64,000 nucleotides of DNA, taken from positions 7,825 through 71,824 of the forward strand of contig JAFTQL010000015.1 in assembly GCA_017462795.1 (NCBI GenBank), in the 5' to 3' direction. Numbering within the stretch: position 1 is the first letter of the stretch; the number at the start of each line of letters is the position of its first letter. A program made the position numbers and the translations under genes. Source of the stretch: Clostridia bacterium. GTDB lineage: Bacteria; Bacillota; Clostridia; Oscillospirales; CAG-272. Positions 38,727-47,939 of the stretch are shown here, piece by piece. The notes beneath the pieces were generated by a model. The model was not told the origin of the DNA. It made no database searches and worked only from the letters and a program-made list of their open reading frames with translations.

Positions 38727-39455
38727 TTAGCCGGGAAGATCGCTTCCGCTGTTGTTTCCGGGGATACCGTCAAGGTAGGGCTTGGTTGCGCTTGTTACGG
38801 CAAGGTAGTATTTAGCGCCGTTGTATTCAACATAATACCATGTTCCCGATTCACTCTGCTTGAGAGCCTTTATGGGATTAACATCTGTGTTTACCTTCTT
38901 TACGGGAGTAACATGTACCTCACTGTCAAAGGAAGGATAGTCGCGGAGATTTACCTGATAAGGATCTTCGTCGGACGTGTGAGACCTGACCGTTATGGTA
39001 AGAGCCTCGGCAAGATCGCTGAACTTGGTGTCACCGATATTGGTGGATATGTAAGCGGCATCGGCATAGTACTCTCCGCCGTTGTAGCTGAGCTTGTACC
39101 AATCGGGATCGCCGTTCTTGTCCTTCTTTACCGCTACCGCGTTGAGAGCCTCACTCTGGCTTACGGGAGTCTTTGTTCCCGTGGTAGAGCCCTTGCGGAT
39201 GTTCATGTCAACGATGGGGTACACTGTGTAGGAGATTGTTTCCCATTCCTCAACGGGAACAGAGGTCGTTCCGGATCCGGAATTATCTCCGCCGGAGGTA
39301 CTGTTATCTGTTTGTGAGTTGGGGGGAACTACAAGATCGCCGTCATCATCTTCTGTATTATCAGTATTATTACTGTTGTTATTATTGTTACATGTCATAA
39401 GAGCAAAGGACAGGATAGTCATAAGAGCGAGAAAGAGTGCGAGCGTTTTTTTCAT
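38727..39455 (-). CDS. lipoprotein with two SH3b-like repeats
   Basis: Signal peptide ending LMTC; Asn/Asp/Ser linker; repeats MNIRKG..WYKLSYNGGEYY and VNLRDYPS..WYYVEYNGAKYY. Confidence 0.7.
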   Translation of the reverse strand: MKKTLALFLALMTILSFALMTCNNNNNSNNTDNTEDDDGDLVVPPNSQTDNSTSGGDNSGSGTTSVPVEEWETISYTVYPIVDMNIRKGSTTGTKTPVSQSEALNAVAVKKDKNGDPDWYKLSYNGGEYYADAAYISTNIGDTKFSDLAEALTITVRSHTSDEDPYQVNLRDYPSFDSEVHVTPVKKVNTDVNPIKALKQSESGTWYYVEYNGAKYYLAVTSATKPYLDGIPGNNSGSDLPG

Positions 39456-39596
39456 TTTTTATCTCCTTTTTTTATAAAATATTTTCCTTTTTATGTCAAA
39501 AAATCCCTGAAGAGGGATCTTTTAATTTTCGATAACCTATAGTATATTTATTATATCATAACAGTATAACCTATGTCAAGCAAAAAAATAAAGTTT

Positions 39597-40373
39597 TTAT
39601 AAATTTTTTTTCGACCTTATGAGTCCTTTTACAGCTTCTATGGCTGTGGCAATGGCGCGCTCGGTGTCGTGCACCTCGTCGCCGTCGGTGTCAAGACCAG
39701 CGTCGTATCTTTCCTGATTCCATACGCACATGAATACCGCTCCGCAGTCAAGTCCCAAAGCCGCTCCCACGGTGAATAGCGTTGCCGCCTCCATCTCGCT
39801 GGCAAGCACGCCGAGGCGCTTCCACGCCGTCCATTTTTCCTGTAGTGCAGCGGCTGTGGGCATACGGGCGGGGGAGTGCTGACCGTAAAACGAGTCCTTA
39901 CTCTGGACAATGCCCGCGCGGTAGGGAAGCTCAAGACTTTTTGCCGCGCTTATGAGAGAAAAGAGTACGTCCGCGCTTGCTACTGCGGGGAACTCAGGGG
40001 GCGCGTATTCGTGAGACGTTCCGTCCTGTCTCACCGCTCCCGTTGCGACTATAACATCGCCCGCACACACGTCAAGGGAGATGCCTCCGCACGTGCCGAC
40101 CCGTATCATGGTGTCCGCGCCGCAAGTCGCCAGCTCCTCCACCGCAATTGCGGTGGAGGGACCGCCGATACCCGTGGAGCAAACGGTGACCGTCTCTCCG
40201 AGGAGCGTGCCGTTCCAGATATTGTATTCGCGGTTGGTGCTTACGTGATACGCGTTCTCAAGATGTTGCGCGATCTTCTCGCACCTTCCGGGGTCACCGG
40301 GGAGAATGCAGTATTTGCCTATCTCTCCGTGTCCGACTCCGATATGATATTGCTTTTGCTTGTTATCCAGCAT
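39597..40373 (-). CDS. udp: uridine phosphorylase
   Basis: LPGDPGR, STGIGGPS, RVGTCG, SKDSFYGQH, SEMEAA. Confidence 0.9.
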   Translation of the reverse strand: MLDNKQKQYHIGVGHGEIGKYCILPGDPGRCEKIAQHLENAYHVSTNREYNIWNGTLLGETVTVCSTGIGGPSTAIAVEELATCGADTMIRVGTCGGISLDVCAGDVIVATGAVRQDGTSHEYAPPEFPAVASADVLFSLISAAKSLELPYRAGIVQSKDSFYGQHSPARMPTAAALQEKWTAWKRLGVLASEMEAATLFTVGAALGLDCGAVFMCVWNQERYDAGLDTDGDEVHDTERAIATAIEAVKGLIRSKKNL

Positions 40374-40402
40374 GGCGAGCTCCTTTTTTAGATAATAGTA
40401 TA

Positions 40403-41272
40403 TTAACCGAATATCATCTCATATGATATCTTCTTTGCTCTTCCGGGGAGAATGTGGAACATGTCGCTCTTTTTGTTCATGTCGTCTGTCACGCCGTCAA
40501 AGGAGGGCAGACCGCACCAGGGCTCTATGCAGACGTAGGGTGCTGTCGTGCGGGGCTTGTGCCATACTCCGAGGTAGGGCATGTCGGCATATTTTAATGT
40601 CACGCTTCTCTCGGACTTACCGCTCTTGAGTGTAACGGCGGGAGCTATCCTGTCCATAAATATGGCGTCAATGTCAAAAAGACTGTGGCGCAGAGGGAGC
40701 TTATTGCCGTCCTCAAGGTCGATGGCTCTCTTCTTTCCTGTGTTGAAGCAGGTGTCCGAGAACATCAGCTCATCGGGGGTGCAGTCCTCGCAGAACTCAA
40801 GATAGTAGTCCTCAAAATTACCGCCGTCAAGAGGCACGTTGAAGCCCGGGTGAGCGCCAAAGGTTGCGGGAAGCAGCTTGTCTCCCGTGTTTTTTATTTC
40901 AATGTGAGAGCTTACCTTGTCGCCCTCCAGCCTGTAAGCCACGGTCAGGTTGAAGGCAAAGGGGTACATGGCAAGCGTGGTCTCGTTCTCGCAAAGTCCG
41001 AATACTATCTCCGTGTCGTTGGCGCTGATTACCTCAAGCTCGGAGTTTCTCGCAAATCCGTGGAGATTCATCTCGTATTCCTTGCCCTCGCAGGTGTACT
41101 TGCCGCCGAAAAGTCTGCCGCAGATGGGGAAGAGGATGGGGGTGCGTCCCGTCCAGTATTCGGGATCGCCCTGCCAGATATACTCGCAGTTGCCTCTCTT
41201 TACCGACATTATCTGCGCTCCGAAGGAGTCTATCTCAACAGTAAGGATATTGTTTTTCAGTGTGTAGATCAT
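40403..41272 (-). CDS. aldose 1-epimerase family protein (LacX-like)
   Basis: EYIWQGDPEYW..RTPILFP, HGFARN, GAHPGFN, VCIEPW. Confidence 0.88.
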   Translation of the reverse strand: MIYTLKNNILTVEIDSFGAQIMSVKRGNCEYIWQGDPEYWTGRTPILFPICGRLFGGKYTCEGKEYEMNLHGFARNSELEVISANDTEIVFGLCENETTLAMYPFAFNLTVAYRLEGDKVSSHIEIKNTGDKLLPATFGAHPGFNVPLDGGNFEDYYLEFCEDCTPDELMFSDTCFNTGKKRAIDLEDGNKLPLRHSLFDIDAIFMDRIAPAVTLKSGKSERSVTLKYADMPYLGVWHKPRTTAPYVCIEPWCGLPSFDGVTDDMNKKSDMFHILPGRAKKISYEMIFG

Positions 41273-41413
41273 TTTTTATTTTTCTCCGTTTCATGTATTT
41301 GTATCCGCTGATAATATTATATCAAGATAAAGAGTTATTTTCAAGACATATTCGGAATTTTTTTGTAAATAATATCATCAGTGATACAATTTATTATGCT
41401 GATCGGAGGGAAT

Positions 41414-42412
41414 ATGCAAAAAAGAATAGTAAAGCTTAAAAATGCCTGTATAGCCTCTGCGGCGTCCGCGGTGGGAAGGCACGAGGCGTTGGGACCCATG
41501 GGAGACCGATTTGACTACAAGGATACCACAGATAGGTTCGGGGCGGACACATGGGAGCAGGCGGAGAGCGCCATGCAGAAAAGGGCATTTGAGACGCTGA
41601 TGAAAAAGAGCGGACTTGATGTGGGCGACTTCGGCGCTATGTTTGCGGGAGACCTGCAAAATCAGTGTGTGGGATCGTCCTACGGCCTTGTGGAGTTTGA
41701 CGTGCCGTATTTCGGTCTGTACGGCGCGTGCTCCACCGCCGCTGAGGGGCTGATGCTTGCCGCCATGTGCGTGGCGGCAGGGCATTACGACCGCGTTGCC
41801 GCCGTGACATCCTCCCATTATCTTGCGGCGGAGAGGCAGTACCGTTCCCCCATAGAATACGGCGCGCAGCGCTCTCCCACGGCGCAGTGGACGGTAACAG
41901 GCGCGGCGGCGTTCAGCGTGGAGCCACGCGGGCTTGCCGAGATCACCGAGGCTATGCCGGGCATAGTTGTTGAAAAGGGAATAACCGATGCGTCCAATAT
42001 GGGAGCGGCGATGGCACCCGCCGTTGTGGACACGCTGGTGAATTATTTCAGGGAGAGCGGATGCTCACCGGAGGATATCGGACAGATAGTCACGGGAGAT
42101 CTGGGCTTTGAGGGCGGCTCTATACTTTGCGAGATGATGCTTGCCGAGGGATTTGACATACGAAAGAACTACAACGACTGCGGAATGCTGATATACGACA
42201 GGGAGCGTCAGGACAAGCACGCGGGCGGCTCGGGCTGCGGATGCTCGGCGGTGGTGCTTGCGTCCTATTACCTTGAAAAGCTGAGGATGGGAGAGCTGAA
42301 AAGCATGCTCTTTGTGGGTACGGGAGCAATGATGAGCCCGTCCAGCATACAGCAGGGACTTGCCATACCCGCGGTGGCGCACCTTTTGAAGATAGAGAGC
42401 AGGGAGGCTTGA
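41414..42412 (+). CDS. spoVAD: stage V sporulation protein AD
   Basis: AGDLQNQC, GLYGACST, AERQYRSPIEYG, QWTVTGA, DASNMGAAMAPA, AGGSGCGCSA. Confidence 0.93.
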   Translation: MQKRIVKLKNACIASAASAVGRHEALGPMGDRFDYKDTTDRFGADTWEQAESAMQKRAFETLMKKSGLDVGDFGAMFAGDLQNQCVGSSYGLVEFDVPYFGLYGACSTAAEGLMLAAMCVAAGHYDRVAAVTSSHYLAAERQYRSPIEYGAQRSPTAQWTVTGAAAFSVEPRGLAEITEAMPGIVVEKGITDASNMGAAMAPAVVDTLVNYFRESGCSPEDIGQIVTGDLGFEGGSILCEMMLAEGFDIRKNYNDCGMLIYDRERQDKHAGGSGCGCSAVVLASYYLEKLRMGELKSMLFVGTGAMMSPSSIQQGLAIPAVAHLLKIESREA

Positions 42413-42414
42413 AT

Positions 42415-42780
42415 ATGGATATCGTACTTGATTATGTGTGGGCGTTTGTTATCGGCGGGGCTTTTTGCGTTATCGCCCAGATACTTCTGGATAAAACGTC
42501 GCTCACCCCCGCCAGGATACTTGTAGGCTACGTGGTGGCGGGTGTTATACTCGGCGCTGTGGGGCTCTATGAGCCTCTGATGGAATTCGCGGGGGCGGGA
42601 GCGTCCACCCCCCTTACGGGCTTTGGCTACGTCATCGCCCACGGAGTTAAGACAGCGGTGGAGGAGAAGGGCTTTCTCGGCGTACTCTCGGGCGGGCTTG
42701 CCGCCGCATCGGCTGTTATCTCCGCTGTCCTCGCCATGGCATTCGTCGCCGCGCTCGTGACCAAGAGCAAGCAGAAGTGA
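42415..42780 (+). CDS. spoVAE: stage V sporulation protein AE (SpoVAC/AEb family)
   Basis: AFVIGGAFCVIAQILLD, LTPARILV, YEPLMEFAGAGASTPLTGFG. Confidence 0.88.
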   Translation: MDIVLDYVWAFVIGGAFCVIAQILLDKTSLTPARILVGYVVAGVILGAVGLYEPLMEFAGAGASTPLTGFGYVIAHGVKTAVEEKGFLGVLSGGLAAASAVISAVLAMAFVAALVTKSKQK

Positions 42781-42801
42781 GTTGGGTTATGTTGAGCTTT
42801 T

Positions 42802-42852
42802 CTTGAGGAAGCCTATTGAGAGAGGCTTCCTCAAGCTCCTCGGAAACTAAAA
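42802..42852 (-). repeat. REP-like family B element (reverse orientation)
   Basis: Reverse complement reads AGTTTCCGAGGAGCTTGAGGAAGCCT...AGGCTTCCTCAAG. Confidence 0.6.
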
Positions 42853-42930
42853 AATGAACATATTTTGTATCCACATATAACACAACAGCACAATACAGAT
42901 GTAAAATAAATGTATAATACAAAACAGGAA

Positions 42931-43121
42931 AAAAATAAAACTCGCTGAGTGCGCGGCGGCACATGCGAGTTTTTTCTTATTTCTCAGGATTTATAAATGA
43001 TCACTTATCCACAAAAGAATATTGACCGATCCGATAATTTATTTTCAGCTTCTCTGAGGCGAGTCTGAAATGAGTCTGAAATGAGTCTGAGGGAAACTTC
43101 CCTGAAGAAAGCTTCCCTCAA
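42931..43121. repeat. composite intergenic repeat, copy 2 (hairpin A + ATGATCACTTATCCACAAAA + family B hairpin with 11-bp tandem head)
   Basis: Homologous to 12001-12160; GAGTCTGAAAT tandem at 43061, 43072 and 43083 (partial). Confidence 0.75.
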
Positions 43122-43130
43122 CGCGTCCTC

Positions 43131-43781
43131 TTAAGCCTCGTTTGAGGTCTCGAGGAATATAACTATTTTTCTGTTGTTCTCGGAGCCGATGGAATTGGTG
43201 GAGACACCATCGATATTCTGTATCTCAGAGTGGATTATGCGTCTCTCATAGGGGTTCATGGGCTCAAGCATAACGCTCTTCTTGTACTTCTGCACCTTAG
43301 CCGCCATTCTTCTTGCGAGGGCGCGGAGCGTTTCCTCACGCTTGGCGCGGTAGCCCTCAACGTCAACGGTGATCTTGACATAAGGATCCTTCTTTCCGTC
43401 AACGCGCTTGTTGGCGGCGAGGTTTGCGAGGTACTGGAGGGAGTCGAGAGTGTCGCCATGGTGACCGATAAGGATAGCGGCGGACTCTCCGTTTACGGAA
43501 ATTCTCTTTTCTCCGTTGTCGCCGTCGGTCATGGATACCTCGGCTGTAATGCTCATGTCGGCAAGCAGCTTCTCTATGAATTCAAGGGCTCTTGCCTCAC
43601 CGCCCTCGGTGTAGGTCGCGGAGATCTTAGCGTTCTGCGCGCCGATACCGAACAGACCCTTCTTGGGCTCTTCAAGCACGGTGTATTCTATTTTGTCTGC
43701 ACCGGGAGCGCCAAGCTCTTTTACAGCGAGAGCAACGGCTTCCTCGATGGTCTTAGCTGATGTGATAACTTCTTTTTTCAC
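43131..43781 (-). CDS. jag: Jag/EloR (KhpB) RNA-binding protein
   Basis: Jag_N AKTIEEAV..KKGLFGIG; KH LIGHHGDTLDSLQYL; R3H MNPYERRIIH. Confidence 0.93.
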   Translation of the reverse strand: MKKEVITSAKTIEEAVALAVKELGAPGADKIEYTVLEEPKKGLFGIGAQNAKISATYTEGGEARALEFIEKLLADMSITAEVSMTDGDNGEKRISVNGESAAILIGHHGDTLDSLQYLANLAANKRVDGKKDPYVKITVDVEGYRAKREETLRALARRMAAKVQKYKKSVMLEPMNPYERRIIHSEIQNIDGVSTNSIGSENNRKIVIFLETSNEA

Positions 43782-43784
43782 TTT

Positions 43785-45044
43785 TTATTCTCCGTCTGTG
43801 TTATTATTATTGTCGGTATTTGCCTCTGCTGCTGTGTCTGCGGTGTCCTTGGTCTCTGTGGCTTTGGCAGTATCTGTCTGCTTTTCGGTCTTCTTTGCCT
43901 GCTTTTCCTTGTTCTGCTCGTCTCTGTCGTCCTTCTTTACCGAAGCCGTGCCGAGAACGCCCTTTCTGGAGCTTGCAGCCTTCTTTGCGGCATCCTCCGC
44001 TGCCTGAGCCTCAAGAGCCTCACGGCGGCGTCTGCCTGCCTCTGCGGTGTCCTCAAAGTCCTCGTCGTCGATATGGTGGAGAGAACGAACAACTCTGCCC
44101 GATTTATTCTTGGGAGCTTTTTCAGCCTTGACGTTGTATTCCTTTTCAGCCGCCTTGAAGTCCTCCTCTGTAAACTTGGGGGCGGGCATAGCATAGCGTA
44201 GAGATACCTGCTTTACAACGCCCAGCAAGCTCTTGAAGATCCAGTAAACACCGATAGCAGCGGGGACGTTGAACGCGATGAATACACTGAACAGCGGCAT
44301 CATCCAGTCCATCATCTGGTTGGAGCAGCCTGTTGCCTTGTCCACAGCCTCGGGCTGATAGGTCATTCTTCTTGTCATCTTCATGCTGAAGAAATAAGAA
44401 AGGAAGGTCAGCACGGGAACAAGCAGCAGCCAGTTGAATTCCGTCAGTCTGGGGAACGCGCCGAGGTCGATAGCGCCGCCGAATATTTCAAGGTTGGGAA
44501 GGTTGTTGAATACCTCCTCCGTCATACCCTCCACATTCCTGACGCTTTCGTAGCCCATGGATTTGATCTGGCTGAGGAAACGGATGCTCTGAGACGCCTG
44601 ATAGGTCTCTCCCGTTACGCCGCTTGCCAGCCTTGCGAGCTGATCGATAGCGGAGTCGGACAGCTGAGTGATATACTTCAGGGGGTGCATTACGATATTG
44701 TACAGCGCGATGATGATAGGGAACTGGATAAGAGTGGGGAGACAACCGCCCATGGGGTTGAAGCCTTCCTTCTGATAGAGCTCCTGTATCTCCTGCTGCA
44801 TCTTCTGCTTTGTAACGTTATCGTCACGCCCTGCGTACTTTTTGCGGATAGCCATTTCCTTGGGGCGGAGCTTTGCCTGCTTATTTGAATTTTTCTGTTG
44901 CTTTATACCGAAGGGGAGCAGGAGTATCTCAACGATCAGGGCGAATATGAGAAGCGTAAACATATAGTTGTTGTTTACGAGATCGTTGCAGAATCTGATC
45001 ACCCAGCTCATCGGTATATTGATAATATCCCAAAGTGAACTCAT
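43785..45044 (-). CDS. yidC: membrane protein insertase YidC/Oxa1 with long charged C-terminal tail
   Basis: LLPFGIKQQK, ELYQKEGFNPMGGCLPTLIQFPIIIALY, PAAIGVYW. Confidence 0.93.
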   Translation of the reverse strand: MSSLWDIINIPMSWVIRFCNDLVNNNYMFTLLIFALIVEILLLPFGIKQQKNSNKQAKLRPKEMAIRKKYAGRDDNVTKQKMQQEIQELYQKEGFNPMGGCLPTLIQFPIIIALYNIVMHPLKYITQLSDSAIDQLARLASGVTGETYQASQSIRFLSQIKSMGYESVRNVEGMTEEVFNNLPNLEIFGGAIDLGAFPRLTEFNWLLLVPVLTFLSYFFSMKMTRRMTYQPEAVDKATGCSNQMMDWMMPLFSVFIAFNVPAAIGVYWIFKSLLGVVKQVSLRYAMPAPKFTEEDFKAAEKEYNVKAEKAPKNKSGRVVRSLHHIDDEDFEDTAEAGRRRREALEAQAAEDAAKKAASSRKGVLGTASVKKDDRDEQNKEKQAKKTEKQTDTAKATETKDTADTAAEANTDNNNNTDGE

Positions 45045-45125
45045 GTGAATAATAGTTTCCGCGGTTGGGTCCTCGCGGAAAATCCTCTCTTTTGTTTTTG
45101 TTTTTAACTGTTTTTCTGGGGTCGG

Positions 45126-45455
45126 TTACCGACCTTCTGCGGTATCGTCATCGTCACGGGCCGCAGCCCCGTTTTTGGAATTGTATTCTTTCACGTTCTC
45201 CATGTCGTATTTCGGTATTTTCTTGTGCTTGCCCCATTTTCTCTCGGGCACGGGATCGTAACCGCCCACCGAGAAGGGATTACAGCGCAGAATGCGCCAC
45301 ACAGTCAGACCGAATCCGACAAAAAAGCCTCGTTTCATAAATGCCTCAAGGGCATAGGCAGAGCATGTAGGAGAGAACCTGCATGTCGGAGTTCGTTTCA
45401 GCGGTGATAAGAATTTCCTGTAAAAGCGGATCAGCCAAGCGCAAACATACTTCAT
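45126..45455 (-). CDS. yidD: membrane protein insertion efficiency factor YidD
   Basis: [37 protein letters not shown]. Confidence 0.93.
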   Translation of the reverse strand: MKYVCAWLIRFYRKFLSPLKRTPTCRFSPTCSAYALEAFMKRGFFVGFGLTVWRILRCNPFSVGGYDPVPERKWGKHKKIPKYDMENVKEYNSKNGAAARDDDDTAEGR

Positions 45456-45477
45456 AATAATATTGCTCTTTTGATTT

Positions 45478-45864
45478 TTATTTGTTGTCCGTGTTGCGGG
45501 ACAAAAGTCCCAGCTCTGCGAACGCCGTTCTCAGCTCCTCTGCCACCTCGCCGCTTTTGGCGGAAAGAATGGATGTGCGGGGGCTGATAACAATAAGATT
45601 TCCCGTCCTCAGCTCCTGCTTTACGGAGTCATAGGCGGCGCGGACTACTCTTTTTGCCCGATTGCGCTGTACGGCACCGCCGAGCTTTTTGGAGACAGAC
45701 AGACCCAGCCTGTTGACAAAGAGCTTTTGCGGGTGAGCTTTTTTCAGCTTTTCCGCGGCGAGGTCACGCAGAACGTACACCGCCGTATATCTGCCCACAC
45801 TTCGCTTGCCCTTCCGAAAGGCCTTGTTGTAAAGATGGTGTTCTCTTATTGCAATGTTTTTCAT
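45478..45864 (-). CDS. rnpA: ribonuclease P protein component
   Basis: [21 protein letters not shown] (RNR motif); position between rpmH and yidD. Confidence 0.92.
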   Translation of the reverse strand: MKNIAIREHHLYNKAFRKGKRSVGRYTAVYVLRDLAAEKLKKAHPQKLFVNRLGLSVSKKLGGAVQRNRAKRVVRAAYDSVKQELRTGNLIVISPRTSILSAKSGEVAEELRTAFAELGLLSRNTDNK

Positions 45865-45984
45865 TATACCTACCTGTTTGCTTTCCCGATTTTATGCGGC
45901 GCCTGTGCAAAATGAGCGCCTATACCAAAAACCCCGATGAACACAAGGTCATCGGCGGTTTTATGTTGTTGATTTTCAGGAAAA

Positions 45985-46119
45985 TCAATAGGTCAGTCTT
46001 TTTCTGCCTTTTGCGCGTCTTCTCTTCAGGACATTTCTGCCGTCAGCGGTTGCCATTCTCTTTCTGAAACCATGCTCTTTCTTTCTCTGACGCTTTTTGG
46101 GTTGATAAGTTCTAAGCAT
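45985..46119 (-). CDS. rpmH: 50S ribosomal protein L34 (not in the ORF track)
   Basis: Hand translation [44 protein letters not shown] (44 aa); AGGAGGT SD. Confidence 0.96.
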   Translation of the reverse strand: MLRTYQPKKRQRKKEHGFRKRMATADGRNVLKRRRAKGRKRLTY

Positions 46120-46309
46120 TTCATGCACCTCCTTAATTTTGTTTGTATCCCGGATCACGAGATATCCGGAATATTATCCGGAAGCGTGTTGCTTTACAGC
46201 CAAATTACGCTTTATACAATGACATCTTATATTAAACCACATTTTGCTTCATTTGTCAAGAGATTTTTTTCATTTTTTCGGAATTTCTCAAAAAAATTTT
46301 CAAGACATA

Positions 46310-46338
46310 TTGTAATATGAGCAATTTTGTGATATAAT
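46310..46338 (+). promoter_or_regulatory. sigma-A promoter of the putative toxin mRNA
   Basis: TTGTAA 46310-46315, 17 nt, TGn-TATAAT 46333-46338. Confidence 0.7.
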
Positions 46339-46429
46339 CTACTTTGTAGGGTGAGCCCCAATTAGGTGGCGGTTGTTTCTCCAAGCGGAGAACATTTTCA
46401 CTCCTTTCGGCAAACGAAGGGAAGTGTCA

Positions 46430-46543
46430 ATGTACCTTACATATACAGAGCTTTCTGGCTTTTTTATGTTTATTGTAGTTCTTGTTGAACTTGTATATAA
46501 TATCACGCGAAAAAATAACCGCCTTCTCTCGCTAAAAAGTTAG
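46430..46543 (+). CDS. putative type I (holin-like) membrane toxin peptide, 37 aa (not in the ORF track)
   Basis: MYLTYTELSGFFMFIVVLVELVYNITRKNNRLLSLKS: one TM plus basic tail. SD is inside the hairpin CACTCCTTTCG/CGAAGGGAAGTG. Confidence 0.7.
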   Translation: MYLTYTELSGFFMFIVVLVELVYNITRKNNRLLSLKS

Positions 46544-46600
46544 GCGGTTATTTTCTGATCACTGACATGAGACGACCGTCGTCGGGTGTCTCACCTTGTA
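46510..46600 (-). ncRNA. putative antisense antitoxin RNA (about 90 nt)
   Basis: Minus-strand TTGACA (46634-46629), 17 nt, TATAAC (46611-46606); ends at the hairpin AAAATAACCGCCT/AGGCGGTTATTTT. Confidence 0.6.
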
Positions 46601-46713
46601 TTCTTGTTATAAACGATTTTTGCCTCTTTGTCAATAGGTTTGCATAAAAATATTTTAGTGCTTTGTTACTCCTTATATAATACATAGATTTTCAGTAAAA
46701 AGGGGGGGATGTA

Positions 46714-47745
46714 TTGGATATCATCAAGGAAGATGCGTTCCGAAAGCTGATGAAAAAGGGACTTTCGGGCGGATACCTTTTCTTCGGGGACGAGGACTAT
46801 ATGAAGGCGTATTCAGTGAATGCCGCAAGGCAGTCGGTGTGCGCTGACCAGACTTTTGCGCTCTTCAACGATATGCGCATCGATGTAATGGATTACAGCG
46901 CGGGCGCTCTGCTTGACGCGCTTATGCCTCTGCCGATGATGAGCGACTCAAAGATAGTTACCGTCAACGGACTGAACGTAAACGCGCTCAGACCCAAGGA
47001 GCTTGACGACCTCTGCGAGGTGCTGGAGGCGCTTGCGGAGTACGACTATAACGTGCTTATTATTTCCGTCCCCGCCACGCAGATAGAAGAGGGAAATCTG
47101 CCAAAATACCCATCCGCCATACTCAAAAGGCTGGGTGAATATATCACCCCCGTCCATTTTGAAACGGTGGCGGGCGCAAGGCTTGTGTCATGGGTGGGTA
47201 AGCATTTCGGGCATAACGGAGTAAATGCCGCGCCCGATGTCTGCGCTTTCCTCATAGACTATGCGGGCAAGTCCATGTACACGCTGTCAAACGAGACTGA
47301 GAAGCTGGCTTACTATGTGTTGCAGAACGGCAGAGATACCGTCACTAAGGAGGACGTGTTTAATGTTTCCATAGCGGAGATATCCACTGACGCGTTCACA
47401 CTCGCAAATGCCATTCTTGACGGCAGGAGCGAGGACGCAATGAACGCCCTTGGGGTGATGAAATTCAGGAGGGTAGAGCCGGTCATACTTCTCTCCGAGG
47501 TATCAAGAGTTATATGCGATCTGATGTCGGTCAAGTCACTTGCCGAGGCGGGCTGTTCTGTCCCCGAGATAGCGTCGATACTCAAAATGAATGAATATAA
47601 AACAAGGATCTATGCCCAAGGCGCGGCACAAAAGTCCGTCGCCAAGCTCAAGGTAGCCGTCAACCTCTGCGCGGAGGCCGACATAGCCCTTAAGCTCTCA
47701 CCGCAAGGCTATATCGCCATAGAAAAGCTGATATGCAGCTTGTGA
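46714..47745 (+). CDS. holA: DNA polymerase III delta subunit
   Basis: YLFFGDEDYMK, LPMMSDSKIV, LSNETEKL, FTLANAI; 343 aa; TTG start after a G-rich SD. Confidence 0.85.
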   Translation: MDIIKEDAFRKLMKKGLSGGYLFFGDEDYMKAYSVNAARQSVCADQTFALFNDMRIDVMDYSAGALLDALMPLPMMSDSKIVTVNGLNVNALRPKELDDLCEVLEALAEYDYNVLIISVPATQIEEGNLPKYPSAILKRLGEYITPVHFETVAGARLVSWVGKHFGHNGVNAAPDVCAFLIDYAGKSMYTLSNETEKLAYYVLQNGRDTVTKEDVFNVSIAEISTDAFTLANAILDGRSEDAMNALGVMKFRRVEPVILLSEVSRVICDLMSVKSLAEAGCSVPEIASILKMNEYKTRIYAQGAAQKSVAKLKVAVNLCAEADIALKLSPQGYIAIEKLICSL

Positions 47746-47939
47746 TGGGGTAAAGAATATTGTTTTGTGAGTAAGTGATTATCTGTATTTCATAAGGAAG
47801 AAACCCGGTGGCCGCGTGCCTTGCGGGTTTCATTTAACTTATAGGTTACTTTATTTTAAAATCGACGTAAACCCCTTGATTTTGCGGAGAATTTGTGGTA
47901 CAATAATAAAGTGCGCGGCGCAGACTTGGAGAAAGGAGA

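Noticed and set aside
42860-43020. oriC
   Set aside because: Only one perfect and one near DnaA box, no dnaA/dnaN nearby, and the perfect box is part of a repeat also found at 12001-12090.
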